From Mustelus asterias (Eukaryota), in contig NC_135803.1 of the NCBI RefSeq assembly GCF_964213995.1, positions 30,256,001 to 30,320,000 on the forward strand: a stretch of 64,000 nucleotides of DNA, written 5' to 3'. Numbering within the stretch: position 1 is the first letter of the stretch; the number at the start of each line of letters is the position of its first letter. Below, in pieces: positions 23,411 to 37,500 of the stretch. Made by a program: the position numbers and the translations under genes. The notes below the pieces were generated by a model. It was not told where the DNA came from and searched no databases. It saw only the letters and a program-made list of their open reading frames with translations.

Positions 23411-23999
23411 TGAGAATGCCTAATTTTAATTCTTGTATACCTTTGACCAATCTGTAATTTGCACTTTGCAATCATCGTTGAATAGATGGTCGTTTTGATT
23501 CACTTGCTGTGCTTCGAAATGTTGTTCTCATACTCGGGCTTTGTGGTTTTCTTGCAGTGACTTCAGTGCTTGTTGCAGCTGGTGCTCCATAGTGACATGA
23601 GGATGTTGGTTTATGTAACTGTTCCCACTTTGACAGAAAACCAGAGTTTATCGCGCACTTTCCACTGGACATTTGAAATTTGATCGGGTTTAGAACGCCT
23701 TCTGGCAAATGTCTTAAGCCAGGCCTTAAATCTTTTCGTTCCATTGTCTTCAGTCAAGGGGTTGATGAGAAAATTTCAGAAAGATAAGGTTTGGCAGACC
23801 AATTGACTGAATTTCAAAAAAAAGGTTGGGGTTATAAGGAGATAAATGCTTCTAAGCAAAAGTGCGATAAAGTAAGAGCAATACATTGTTGGGTTTAAAA
23901 GGAGGGGTGGTAGGTAATAAAATTTGACCACCTTGTGAGAGTCCGTGTATGTAGGTGGGCGAGCATGTGTTGGTGTTTGGTGGTGAGTTAGAAACTCGG

Positions 24000-24175
24000 G
24001 ACTACACACGCAAAGACTTGCACTCGTCCCACATACACACACTCAGATTCTTGCACTCACCTCACACATTCATTCAGTCTCACACTCTCACTCGCATGCA
24101 TTCACTAACACATTCTCACTTCCACACAGTCGTTCACATTCTATCACTCCCAACACAATCACTCACAATCTCTTT
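24000..24175. repeat. Degenerate (CA/CT)-rich low-complexity tract
   Basis: Runs of CACACT/CACATT. Confidence 0.6.
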
Positions 24176-24179
24176 ATGA

Positions 24180-24960
24180 CTCCAGCACCTGGAGTACTGT
24201 GTCCAGTTTTGGTGTCCTTATCAGTTTTGGCTGTCCTTGCTATAGAGGGAGTACAGCAAAGATTTACCAGGCTAATTCCTGGGATGGTGGGTCTGTCATA
24301 TGAAGAGAGACTAAGTCGGTTAGGATTATATTCACTGAAGAGTGAGAAGGGATCTCATAAAATTAGGCAAGGTAGATTCAGAAAGAATGTTCCCAATGAT
24401 GGGGGAATCCAGAACTAGGGGTCATAGTTTGAAGATAAGGAGTAAATGTTTTAGAACTGAGATGAGGAGACCACCATGAGGGTGGTGAATGTATGGAATT
24501 TGCTACCACAAGCGGGGTGGCGCAGTGATTAGCACTGCTGTCTCAAAGCCAAGGACCCGGGTTCGATTCCCAACTTGGGTCACTGTCTGTGCGGAGTCTG
24601 CACGTTCTCCCCGTGTCTGGGTTTCCTCCCACAGTCTAAAAGATGTGCTGTTAGGTGCATTGGCCATGCTAAATTCTCCTTCACCTCCTCCAACAGGTGC
24701 TGGATTGTAACGACTAAAAGATTTTCACAGCAACTTAATTGCAATGTTAATGTAAGCCTACTTGTGACGCCAATAAACTTTTAAAACTTTAGACACAGAA
24801 TGTAGTTGAGGCCAAAACGTCTGATTTTTGAGAAGAAATTAAATATAGCCCTTGGGGAGCAAGGGATGTGGGAGGAAGGTGGGGGTCAGGATATTGAATT
24901 CCATGATCAAGTTGAATGGCGGAGCAAGCTCAAATGGCCCACTACTCCTAGTTTCTATGT
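24180..24960 (+). mobile_element. CR1 3' fragment interrupted by a V-SINE (~24513-24790)
   Basis: QRFTRLIPGMVGLSYEERLSRLGLYSL; SINE head GGTGGCGCAGTGATTAGCACTGC; CR1 resumes at ~24790. Confidence 0.75.
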
Positions 24961-25408
24961 AACACAATCTCTCGCTTACACACTCTTGATTTCCCACACA
25001 TGACAGTAAGCTTCTCCACTCACTACTCACCCTGACCTGCAACTCCCAATGCCTCAGCTAGCATCTCCTCAAATTGGCCTGAGCACTCGCGTTGCCCCAA
25101 GCTTCCCCTGCAAACTGTTTGTCTGGCCGCATTTGCCAGCAGCTTGTTTCCCTGAGGAAACGCGCTTAGTCCACCTATCAGCAGTAAAGATGGGGGGACA
25201 GCCTGTGATTGGAGGAGCTTCCCATGAACAATCTTGCATTGTGACTTGCCTGTTTGACTGGCATTTTCAAACCCAGCTCCGGATGTCTTCAATCTGAATC
25301 TGTTCTTTGTAAAGTTGTTGAGCTCATTGATCACTGATTAATGGTAGAAGTGCACTGTTCACTTAGAGCACTCAATATGATCTTGATGCTTGGCTTGTAT
25401 TTGTTTGA

Positions 25409-25819
<411 letters not shown>

Positions 25820-25828
25820 TAGCAACCC

Positions 25829-26097
25829 AGGGGCGACAATGGTCTAGTGGTATTCAATAAAAAATATCTGGAATTAAGAATCTACTGATGACCATGAAAC
25901 CATTGTCGGAAAAGCCCATCTGGTTCATTTAATGTCCTTTAGGTGAGGAAATCTGCCGTCCTTACCTGGTCTGACCTACATACGACTCCAGAGTTACAGC
26001 AATGTGGTTGACTCTGAACTGCCCTCAGGCAACTAGGGATGGGCAATAAATGCTGGCCAGCCAGCAGCACGCATGTCCCACAAATGAATAATAAAAA
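25829..26097 (+). mobile_element. SINE family 2 copy (internally deleted)
   Basis: Similar to 38417-38775. Confidence 0.7.
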
Positions 26098-26735
26098 GGT
26101 GACAGGCTGTGCCAGAGTTCAGGTCAAGCCATTCTGGTCAAATCGGGTTGTGTTTGTCAATGGTTGCACGGGAATGGACTAGTGTGTAAAACCTGTCTGG
26201 CACCACATTGTGCCATTACAACAGCTAGCCAAATTGTCAAGTGATTTTTATTTTACTGGATTAAAATTGATGTAAGGTATATTATAAAAAATGTCCTGTT
26301 TTTGGATAGACAGGTTTGAGACACTGTACCTGTATTATTTGGTCGTCTGTGGTCTGGAGCACTATAGGTTTATGGGCACTATTTAGTATATTTAGTTCTA
26401 AATTCTGCTTTAACCAAGCAGCGTTTAAGGTTGTAGTTTGACAATTCAGCAGTTTTGTTATTGTGTATCTTAGAATCACTGGCTTAAAGAATTTGGTTCA
26501 CTGGCATCATTTGATCAGAACTACAGGGTCCTGATTAAAGTTATTCATGTTATACCAATCTATATTTTGATTTTCTTGGAGCACATCTAACTGAAATATG
26601 TTTCCTCAGATACTTTCCACAGATAAAGTTGAGCTGTCCATTGGAGGCTATTGTTTATTCCTTAACAGTATATTAAAATTATAGTGAAATAATATTCATT
26701 GAGGCTGATTGTTGTGGTTTTGCACTTAGATACTA

Positions 26736-27454
26736 GGGGTGCGATTCTCCCGGCCCATTCTGCTGCTTGAGTAGTGCTGTGGGCCGGGAAATGTCAGCGG
26801 GAGGAGGGTGGGTTGTTGCAGGCTGCCGGTCGTGACCTACCCAGGCCATTTTTTAATGGCATAATCAACCTAACACTAGAAATCAGCACGAGGCTGGTTG
26901 CGATATTTAAATAGCTATTGCAATACCATATATCGTCCTGGGCTCATTATCATAGAATAGACATTATCATACAATGCAGAAAGAGGCCATTCAGCCCATC
27001 GAGCCAGCGTCGCCAACAATCCCACCCAGGCCCTATCCCGGTAATCCCATGTATTTATCCTGCTAATCCCCCGACACTAAGGGGCAAATTATCATGGCCA
27101 ATCAACCTAACCCACACATCTTTGGACTGTGGGGGGAAACTGGAGCACCTGGAGGGGAAATACGCAGACATGGGGAGAATGTGCAAACTCCGCACAGACA
27201 GTGACCCAAGGCTGGAATTGAACCTGGGTCCCTGGTGCCGTGAGGCAGCAGTGTATATGTGCCTGTCACCCTGCGGCTCAGCGTGCTGATGCCGGCCCCT
27301 TGGTCATGATTACCCCCCACTGGTGTGAATCTCCCGGCAAACTCTATGATGCACAGAGTGCCGCAAATTCATCTGACACCCAAAAAACAGGCAGGAAGAG
27401 CTCCCATTTTCCCACCCATTGGGCACTTAGATTCCTTATGGGAAAGTTGCCCCC
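26736..27454. mobile_element. Harbinger-like MITE containing a minus-strand HE1-type SINE (~26950-27252)
   Basis: GGGGTGCGATTCTCCC ... GGGAAAGTTGCCCCC imperfect TIRs, with a SINE body and CR1-type tail inside. Confidence 0.5.
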
Positions 27455-27936
27455 AAGATCTCAGTATTTAGACAAGTTTCCTAAGTGAGGGAAAGAAATG
27501 CTTTACATTCATTGTGGTCTCCAGATACCTCAAAGTCACTTCTGGTCCAGTAAAGTTCAGTATAATCTGAACCACAAGGTATGGTTAGCATGATGAGTAA
27601 ATATCTTTTGGGACATTTTAAGAAAACTGGCACTAGCTACTCGATTTGGCTTGGACTGTCGTCAGTTGAAGCAGTCATTGATAAAAGAACCTTGACTTGG
27701 GGAGCTTGCCTTGTCAGCCTGTCTCTTCAATTGCACAAAGCAGAAATTGCAAAATGTGAAAATCCAGTGTTTACTTAATTTTGATGGGATTATATGTATT
27801 TGAATGAACGACCAGTGATGGCACTAAATCGAGCAGTAACTGGGCAAGTTTAAATTATTTGGTGGAACCTCTAAGCTGTTTATGGACTGGTCATTTTATA
27901 ATTTGTCTTGAGTTTCTTGTTTTTTTTCTTTTCCAG

Positions 27937-27960
27937 ATGCTGTATCCATCAAGGATTTAA
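27937..27960 (+). CDS. RPL35A: RPL35A last coding exon (MLYPSRI*)
   Basis: TTCCAG acceptor; total CDS 11+153+145+24 = 333 nt = 110 aa plus stop. Confidence 0.97.
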   Translation: MLYPSRI

Positions 27961-27983
27961 AGCACAGATGTACATAAATTGAC

Positions 27984-27989
27984 AATAAA
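27984..27989 (+). terminator. RPL35A: RPL35A polyadenylation signal
   Basis: AATAAA 24 nt after the stop, with a GT-rich element downstream (~28010-28030). Confidence 0.8.
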
Positions 27990-30900
27990 TAGTAAAATGA
28001 TCTAAGTTGCCTGGTTTTGTCTTTGTGTCTATATACATGGCCATAGAATAATTTTTTTAATGACAAATATAAGGATTTGTGTGGCTCACTTTACTGATGT
28101 ATGTTCTAAGTGTAGTTTGAGCCATTGGCCTCCTTCTGTGCAGAAGGAGACCATTTGGTCCATCAAGTCTGCACCAACTCTCCAAAAGAGCATCTTACCC
28201 AGACCGATCCCTCCGCCCTGTTCTCGTAACCCCACGCATTTACCAAGGCTAATCTACCTAACCTGCATCTTTGAACTGTGAAGTGCTGATGTTTAAAATC
28301 AAGCAGTTCAGTCTTAATAAAAATTGCAATGGTTGTGCTTAGTCTTTTGCCTTTCTTTACTTAACAAATTGAGAAGTCAAAAGTATGCATTACTCCATTG
28401 TATAGTATTTAATATGTTTAACTTGTAATTAATGTGCACAGCTGACTTACGTTTTGGAAAATTTCCTGTGGAAACAGCTGATCTTTCAAACTCATTTTTA
28501 CAGCAGTGTAATCTGCAGTTTAATTGAAAGAGTGAAACGTGTTAGTACAAACTAAATCGAACAAATTTAATGGAGTTGCAAGACGAGAGAGACTTGTGCA
28601 CAAATCCTTTAAGGTGGCAGAACCTATTAATAAAGCATATGGGTTCTTGGGCTTTATAAATAGATGTGAAGAGTGCAAAAGCCAGGAAACCATGCTGAAC
28701 TTGTATAAAACACTAGTTCAGCACCAGCTGGAATATAGTGTCTATTTCTGGGCACTACAATCTAGGTAGGACGTGAAGGCTTCTGAGAGAGAACAGAAGA
28801 AATTGGCCAAAATGGTTCCAGGGAATAAGGGATTAGGGTTCTGTGGCCAGTGAAGATTCTGGGCTTGCGCTCCTTGGAGGAGCAGGATTTTGATAGAAAT
28901 GTTTAAAATCATGAGTTGAAATGGAGAAACTTCTGATAGTAATCATTGGATCTACATTTAAGGTGTTTAGCAAAAGACCTGGAGGCAACATGGGGATGAA
29001 CTTAACAAATGGTTAAAGATTTGGAATCTAGTGCCTGATGTGAATACAGATAAAAGGGAATTGGAAGTAGAAAAGTTGCGGGGAGAAGACCTGGCACAAA
29101 CTTAATGAACCAAGTGACCTGTGCTGCTTGATGACTTGCATTCTGAAAATATCTGTATATCTTGTATCAGAGAATCACTACACTATGGAAGTAGGCCATT
29201 CGGCCCTTTGAAACTGCACCAACAATAATCCCACCCAGGCCCTATCCCTGTAACCACATGTATTTACCCTGCTAATCCGACACTTAAGGGACAATTTTAG
29301 CATAGCCCAGACACCAACCCATACACCTGCAATTTGGAAGGAGGAAGATTCATGGTGGATTCTTCTGAATTACAGCCAGAAACCTCGAGGGCTTTTGACC
29401 ACTGGAAATGTAGACCACTTTCCATTGGGAGTAGATGAGAGTGAATGACCTTTAAAGAGAGTGTCTGGGTTAGTCATCTTTTCCCTGCTCTATGAGCAAT
29501 GACTTGTTGGAAGTGTTTCCATATAGCCATTAACATTTCAAAGTTGAACCAGAAGCAGACAAGAGAAATAAATAAAAATCGGGAAACAACTAGGTGATGA
29601 TCACTGAGAAGGATCTAAAACAGGAGTAATAGATTGGGGAAAAGTTGATTTTGAAAGGTTGAGAATAGAAGTTGGGAGATTGAATAAAGACACAAGGAAA
29701 AATTGAGGGTGTGCAGTGGCATACAATAAGTACATGCATAACAAGGGTGAACATGAAGAAGTTAAAGTAAAAAAACAATTAGGAAGGCAAACAGGAATTA
29801 AATTATCAGACTATTAAAAACAAAAATATGTACAAGTGAAAAAGTCAGTTGAGATGGGAAAGAGGAAAAAATCTGGTCTGGATGGAATGCATCTAGACAT
29901 TTTGAAAGAATCGAGCTTGCAGAGAAAATACACACTAATAATTTGTTGTGAAAGGTGCACCTGAGAACTGGCAAGTAGCTAACATTGCCTATATTTAAGA
30001 TGGAACGTGACAAGGGGACAATAGACCAGTCGGTTTAATATCAGAGGTGAAATAATAGAGTCCCTTCCAAAGGACAATTCATTGATTGCATTGCAGATAT
30101 TTTATAGTCTGGACACATCCTGTGGGGGAGGGGGCGGATTGCAGATTTAGTGATTAGGAGCCAATAACATTTTTAAAGTGCATAAAGTTTGAGATTCAGG
30201 ATACTTACTAATTGAATAAAGCCACAAGATTCCATGGGTTTTGAACAAACAAAACAAGCTTTACTAAACAAGTACAAAAAGAAAACAATTCACAATATTT
30301 ATTTTGTACTCTAATATTCTGAGTAAATATGAGTTACATGTGAATTAACAGGTGACCTGTGGTTGGAAACACCACAATACACAATTGATGACAGGTGACC
30401 AAAATCGATTGCACAAACTTATCAACAATACACCAAGTGTGAGCCAATCAATCTCACTGAAACCGTCTTTCTCACAAGGGTTTTTAATCTGCACGTTTTG
30501 GGAATCCTGCCAAATGTCACTCCCAGTGGGATGACTTCAACAATGGCTCTCTGCAGGGTTTCAATCTTGCCTTCCAAGATTATTTTCCCCTGGGTCTCTG
30601 CGTACATTCAAGCTTCACCTTCCAAGCACAATTTCAGATCTGCAGTCATGCCTAGCAGAAAACCACTGCCTCAGAGGGCAACTCTCCAATGGCACGCAGC
30701 ACAGTGTCACCAACCCACAGCTGCCTTCTCAGATCTTCAGGGCACCTTTTGTGCCCACTGCTCTTAACGTCTGTCTCCTGCAGCGCTTTCTTCAATTCAG
30801 AGCCTACTACTCTGTTCCTTTTCTAAGGATCCTATTTCTGCCCTGTGACTTCATCCTTACCTGGGGCTACCGTTTAGGACAGTTCCCCTTTCTGGTTTGG

Positions 30901-31859
30901 ACCTGCTCCCGGGACATACTCTTATTATGGTATTCCCTTCCAGTCATTTGACTTGCCTTTTTCCACCATTTCTCTGAACTGTGCAGGTGTGGCCATTTTC
31001 TGGAGATCCCGACCTATGAACCACAAAGTATTTGAGGTTCTCAACAGAGGTAAAAGTAGGCCAGGATAATATAGTAGGTGCAACTTGTCTAATTTCCAAA
31101 AAGACCTTTGATTAGATAACACATAATTGACTAAGGAATAATGTTAGAGCACGCTGGACCAGGAGCAGAATAGAAAACTATCTGGTTGCAAAAAAGCGCA
31201 GAGGTAAAGAGTTATTTAGTGCGGGGACCATTTGTTCACTATTTCTATCAATGATTTAGAATTTGGAATGAAAACCACAATTTCTAAATTTTTTGGAGGT
31301 CACTAAATAGGGCAAAAGTAAATACTCAGGAAGACATTAACAATGAAGGAGTACAACATTAACAAACCTGCAGAATGGGCATGTGTTGAAAATCATTTGC
31401 CAAATAAGAGAATGGGATATTACATTTTAGCAAGAAAAGTAGAGGTCACATATTGAAAAATAAGAATCTAAATGGGGTGGATGCACAAAGGGACTGGGCG
31501 GTACTAATGCATAAATCACTAAAAGTAGCTCTGCATAAATTACTAAAAGTTAGCTTTACAAGTAAATTGCATTAAAAATGCAAATCAGGCATTAGGGTGG
31601 ATTTCTTTCTAGAAGGATATAATTGTAAAGTGGGGATGTTATGTTCAGTTTGCATTAAATCTTGATTAGACTGTGTTGGGAGTATGACATGCTGTTCTGG
31701 TGGATGTATTATTAAAGATGCACTAGAGAGAATGCAGAGAAGATTTAGAAGGATAATATCAGAAATGTGTGGATATACGTATCAGGAAAGAATTGACAGG
31801 TTGGGTATTCTCTTGAAAGGTGAAGGCTGAACATGACCTAACAGATATAATTTTTATTA

Positions 31860-32895
31860 TTATTCTTTCACAGAATGTGGAAGTCACTGGAAAGGCCAAT
31901 AATGCTCATCCCTAATTGCCCTTGAGAAGATAGTGGTGAGCTACCTACAACAGTGGTAGGGATAATGCTCATCCCTAATTGCCCTTGAGAAGATAGTGGT
32001 GAGCGTACCTACAACACATGAACTGCAATGCAGTTCATGTGTTGTAGGTACGCTCACAATGATGTTTGAGTGGGAGTTTCAGCATTTTGATCCAGTGACA
32101 GTGGAGAAACAGTGATATAATTCCAAGTCGGGATGGTGAGTGGCTTGGAGGGGAAATTGCGGTGGTGCTGTTCCTGTGCATCTGCTACCTTTGTCTTTGT
32201 AGGTGGCAGAGGTCACTGCTTTGGAACATGCTGATAAAGGAGCCTTGATGGATTGATCTGGACAGACTATGGGGAATCAAGAAGTGAGTTACTTGACACA
32301 CAATTCCCAGCTTCTGACCTGCTCTTGTAGCCACATTATTTATATGCAGAGTCCAATTTAGTTTCAGGTCAATGGTAATACCTCAGGATGTTGAAAATGG
32401 GAGATTCGTCGTTGATAATGTCATGGAATGTTAAGGAAAGGTGGTTGGATTCTCTCTTGTTAGAGATGGTCATTGCCTGGCACTCGTATGATGGGAATAT
32501 AACTTACTCCTTATCAACCCAAGCCTGAATGTAGTTGAGGTCCTTCTGTATAAGGACACAGACTACTTCAGTATCTGAGAAGTTGTAAACATTGTGCAAT
32601 CATCAGTGAACATCCCCACTTATGACCTTCTGATGGATAGAAAGTCATTTGATGAAACAGCTGAAAATGTTTGGACCTAAGATACTACTCTGAGGAACAC
32701 CTGCAGTGGTGTCCTGGGACTGTGATGATTGACTTCCAACAACCACAACAACTTTCCTTTGTGGTAAGTATGACTAGTAGAGAGCTTCCCTCCCTGATTC
32801 TCATTGACTTCAGTTCTGCTAAAACTCCCTGATACCCGACTCAGTCAAATGCTGTCTTGACATCGAGGACAGTCACTCTCACCTCACTTCTTGAG
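31860..32895 (-). mobile_element. Degraded L2-type LINE 3' part inserted in an old CR1 (CR1 relics ~29990-31845 and ~32900-33200)
   Basis: Reverse complement of the TCTCAAGGGCAATTAGGGATG tail also seen at 53965 and in SINE family 2. Confidence 0.6.
31999..32057. repeat. Perfect palindrome with 29-bp arms and a 1-nt spacer
   Basis: GTGAGCGTACCTACAACACATGAACTGCA-A-TGCAGTTCATGTGTTGTAGGTACGCTCAC. Confidence 0.97.
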
Positions 32896-34289
32896 TTCTA
32901 GGTTCAAACATTTTGATAGAGTAGATGCAGAAGTTGGGGGGGGGGGGGGGGGGTGGGGTGGAGGGGAGAGCAGAAATAAAAGCTGTCAATACAAGATAGT
33001 CACCAAGAAATCCAAACGCGAGTTCAGAAGAAATTCACACGGAGAGTGGCGTGGAAAGTGGAACTTGCTACCACCAGGGGTAGTTGTTACAGACAGCTTG
33101 GATAGGTGTACAGTGGAGATGAGAAAAGCCATTGGACGAGAGAAGTGGGACAAGGCTTGAGCAGAATATAAATGCTGGCGTTTCTGTGCTGTAATATCTA
33201 TGTAAGTATGTAAATCTCTGCACCCTCTTCACTGCCTTGACATCTTTTAAAAAATGTGATCCACAGAATTGGACACACTGTTCCAGCTCTCTTTTGTATC
33301 TGGAGATGTTTTCTAAGTTCAGAGTACTATAAAAGTGCAAGTTATATGGTATTGAATACAGATAATTTGAGCCTGACAGGTTTGATAATCAGAAGCATTG
33401 CAGTAATATGGTCAGAAGCAGTGTTTCATCTGCCACTTTTAAGGAGAAGACTTTTACAGATTGGAATCGAGTGATCCATACAAAATTTCCTCTAAAAACT
33501 TTATTTTGCCAACCTGGGTCTTTGCCAGCATATGGCTGGGAAAACACAGACCATCTTGACCCAATGCCAATTGTAGACAAAGACTTCTTTCTACCACTAT
33601 ATGATGGTACGTGTGAACAGTGAAGTGCTAAGATTTAAAAGCTATGAATATTTATCTGCAGTTTGCCTTATATAAGCATGACACACCACTTTAATTTGAA
33701 ATTGAAAATGTAATCTTCATGTTAGGTTAAAAATAGTTCTATGCAATTAGTACTATTATATGCTTTCAATTTGGGGTACTAAGCTCTTAAAACGAGAACC
33801 TCCTGAAATGGAAGTAGAAGTTATTGTATCACATTCATGAACATATATAATTGTTTTATCTTCGCCAGCTATTTCATTTTCTTTCTAAGACTTGTTGTTT
33901 TCTTATTGGTGGCCATACTTAGGCACTAAGCTCTGGAATTCCCTCTCAACCGCTACCTTAGTTCAGCCACTTTTGACGTGACCTGAATCAAATAATCTTC
34001 GCTTCCATAGGCACACAGAAACAAGTACATTCACACACACTTATAACCCGTTTGGTCATAGTGTATTGTTAAGCCTTCTTATGATTTCTGTGGACTACAT
34101 TATTGATATATTTACATGAAATTGTTGAAAGAAGCGCATGTTAGACCACAGTAAGAATGTGATATTTTAGGTTTTAGGTTCATACTTTCTTTTGCTTTTG
34201 CTCAGTTGTACAGGCCAAATTCAAGAAGTTTTTTTGCGTCTTTGTTAAAAGTAAATATATTTGAGTAGCTATTTGGATGGGACAAAGTA

Positions 34290-34575
34290 CCACAAGTGTC
34301 ACAAGTAGCCAAACATTAACACTGCAATGAAGTTACTGTGAAAATTCCCAAGTCGCCACACTCCAGCGCCTGTTCGGATACACCGAGAGAGAATTTAGAA
34401 TGGCTAATGCACCTAACCAACACGTCTTTCAGACTGTGGGAGGAAACTGGAGCACCCAGAGGAAATCCTCGCAGACACAGGGAGAACGTGCAGACTCCGC
34501 ACGGGCAGTGACTGAAGCCGGGAATCGCACCTGGATCCCTGGCAGTGAGGCAGCAGTGCTAACCACTGTGCCATT
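34290..34575 (-). mobile_element. V-SINE, alternative tail
   Basis: Same family as 42886-43160, 48325-48615, 52433-52730, 55945-56250, 57645-57912 and 62185-62400. Confidence 0.8.
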
Positions 34576-37500
34576 GTGCAAATTAATGTCCTGATGCAAA
34601 ACAGATATGAGATGTTGTACCATTGGAACATTCCTTGTAATTCCATCAGAGCAAACTGGGGGGAAAAAGACAAACTGATTCTAATCGGAAATAAAACAAT
34701 TTTCAGTTAAAGGTAGATTTTAAACCTGTCATGATGAATATATCTAACCTGTTGAGGGAACTGCCTGCATATTTGAAGATGACATGATCTGTGCTTGTGT
34801 CAGATTCTTATTGGAGAAGAATAAAATATGAATCAGCTGTGATGGGGATGTATTTGGCAGATGACATTGAAATTAGTTTACTGCTAGTTGATAGGGTTAA
34901 TAATACAAGAAATAGAAGAGGAGTAGGCCATATGACCCACTGAATCTTCTCCGCCATTCAATATTATCGTGGATGATTGGGCTTCAACTCCACTTTCCCA
35001 CCGTGCTCTCCATATCCCTTGATTCCCGGAGACCAAAAATCTCTCTCTCTGTTTGAAATTTAAAAATGGAGCATCCACAATCCTCCGGGGTTAGACCATT
35101 CCGAAGATTCAGAACCCTTTGAAGTAATTTCATTTCATCTGAGTCCTACATGATTGTCCCCTTATCCTGAGACTGTGCTCCCATGTTTAAGATTCCCAGC
35201 CAGCAGAAACAATCTCTCAGCATCTATTCCACCAAGCCCCTTCACAATCTTGTTCATTTCAATGAGATCACCTCTCAAAATGCCAAATGTGAAGTACGTA
35301 ATCAAGCCTGAACTGATATGAATAGACTTGTTCCTAATGACCATTATGTAGTGCTTCTGAATGAATTCATTTCATTCTAAAAATCTTAATTGCTTTTTCA
35401 GAGAAAGAAGATTAAAACAGTTTGTCCATGTACCATCTGTTTTGAAGAAGCAGTGGCAACCAAAATCAAGAATTTGTTCTTTAATGCTCTCACTATTGTT
35501 TTTCAATCTTTGCCTTGTGATTGGCAGGAGCTCAAGTCTGTAGACCAGACTCCTTGAAATTGGCCCCTGCTACACAGCTTTACAAGGGCATAGTCTTACA
35601 CCCAGATATTGCAGTCAACAGAGAAGTAGAGATATTTGCTACTGACTCGATGAAGGAGCACCACCCTACCTTGGCTGGAAGCTACAGTGGGGACTTGCTC
35701 TGTTGGTTGCAGCATGGATCCAATGGCCATGTTAGTGGAGACTAGCAGCCAGTTCCCTGTGCAGCCATTTTAATGTCATCATCTGAACACGCACTCCTTG
35801 AGGCCTCAGCTCAAAGACAGGTAAGTGTTTCTTAATTCTTTGATTTTTTTTTATTGGATGCAGTTTTAATTACGGCTCGCCCCCATTCCCCATCCACCCC
35901 CCTTCTGGCACGCCCACAGGTGAGGAACTGGGGTTTGGTAGGGAAGAGAAGCTAGAGAGCAATGGAGGTCACATTAGTGTCACAAGGAGGCTTACATTAA
36001 CACTGCAATGAACATCCCCTAGGTTTGGGGGAGGGGGAGAGGGGCACCCAGGGGTGCTTTAAGGGCTATTGCACCTGTTAGCAACAGCCCTAAAAAAAAG
36101 TAAAGGGAAGTGTAATTGCTGGACAATCCGCCCAAGACTTTGAATAACAGGTCGCAGTGGAACCATCAGCCTGGGATCCTCTGGACCCCACACAGGTGAA
36201 CTGCAACTTGTAGGTTTGAGAGTAAGTAGCATCCCCTTCCCATGACCCATATATCTGTTTTTTTAAAAAACTGTAAAGCTGATCAAAGCCAAGGATACGG
36301 ACTACCCTGGACCAGTGTTCCATGGGGGGTTGGGTGGGGGTGGTGCAATTTTGGTCCCACACTAAATGCCATCCCAATTCTTATTCCCATCCCTGTACAT
36401 ATGGACATATTCATCCTGCAGTGCCAGCATCAACTGCCAACGAGAAAATGAAGGTTTGAACTTTGTAAAGTTAATGGTGAATACAGTACACTAGAAAGTG
36501 CCTAATAGACAGAGGAGATGCTGTCCCTCAAGCTTACACTCAGATTGCCTGCAACAGTGTTGCATTCCAAATGAAGAGTGATTTGAAATGGTAAGTGACT
36601 GGCAGCTCATGGCTTGAACACATAACCAAGTAAAGTGCAGTTATGAAGAGGAAAAGACCCTCACTGGTCCATCTAGCCCACCCCCAAAACAGCAATACCT
36701 TATATACTCCCCAACTGAAAACATGTGATATCCTGGAAGAATTGGAAAAGCAGATTATAGACCTAAAGTAAACAGAGAAAATAAAATCTGGAAATTCCTT
36801 TCTGACTCCCTAGAACAATTAAAAATAGTCCAGGAAGTCATTCTGTTCCTGATTTTTATACAACACTTATCTCTTTGTTTATGCCCCAGCCAGGGACAGG
36901 TTCAGCTCTCACTAGAAGAAATTCAGTGGATCAGCAGCTGCTTAATCTGCATTTGGCTTCCCCAGTGTAGAGTAGACCACACTGCAAGCGGAGAATACAG
37001 CATATAGGGGTTGAAGGAAGTACATATAGATTGCTGTTTCACACAGGAGGAGTGTTTGGGCCTCCCAATGGTGTTGTAGGGGTAGACAAGTGAGCAGGTG
37101 CTGCATCTGCTATGCTTGCCAGGGGAAGGACAGCAGGTAGTAGAGGTTTTGGAAGAGTGAACCAGGGAGTCACAGAGTGAATGTTCCCTTCAGAATGGTG
37201 AGTGCGCAGGGGACGATGTGTGGATAGCACTTGGAGGGAAAGTATTAAATGACATATGCTATCATTTAAAAAAATATTAGTTCCTGGAATGTGGACTTTC
37301 TGCAAGGACTGTGCACTCATCACTCCTGTTATGGACAGATACATCTGTCACAGGCAGATTGGAGGAAATCAAGTAGTTTTTTTTCCTTTGTTTGTTTGAG
37401 TGGTATTTGGTAAATTTGCCATTTTGCTGCCACCCTCACTTCCCTATCTAAAATAAATATATCCTTACTAATCATGAACTCCAGAGCCAATCCTCATCTG

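Noticed and set aside
23560-23812. Possible H/ACA or C/D snoRNA in RPL35A intron 3
   Set aside because: The hairpin before ACA is only ~28 nt and the TGATGA-CTGA span only ~50 nt; both are too short.
27810-27892. Possible intronic C/D snoRNA in RPL35A intron 4 (GACCAGT...ACTGGTC terminal stem, GTGATGG)
   Set aside because: Box C is imperfect, there is no CTGA box D next to the stem, and no rRNA guide was recognised. snoscan or Infernal would settle it.
30170-31020. Possible minus-strand solo LTR (similar-looking tracts at ~55230-56540 and ~61590-62180)
   Set aside because: Composition is suggestive, but termini and TSDs could not be fixed by eye.
32935-32966. Poly-G tract
   Set aside because: A homopolymer expansion inside a decayed CR1; its length may be a sequencing artefact.
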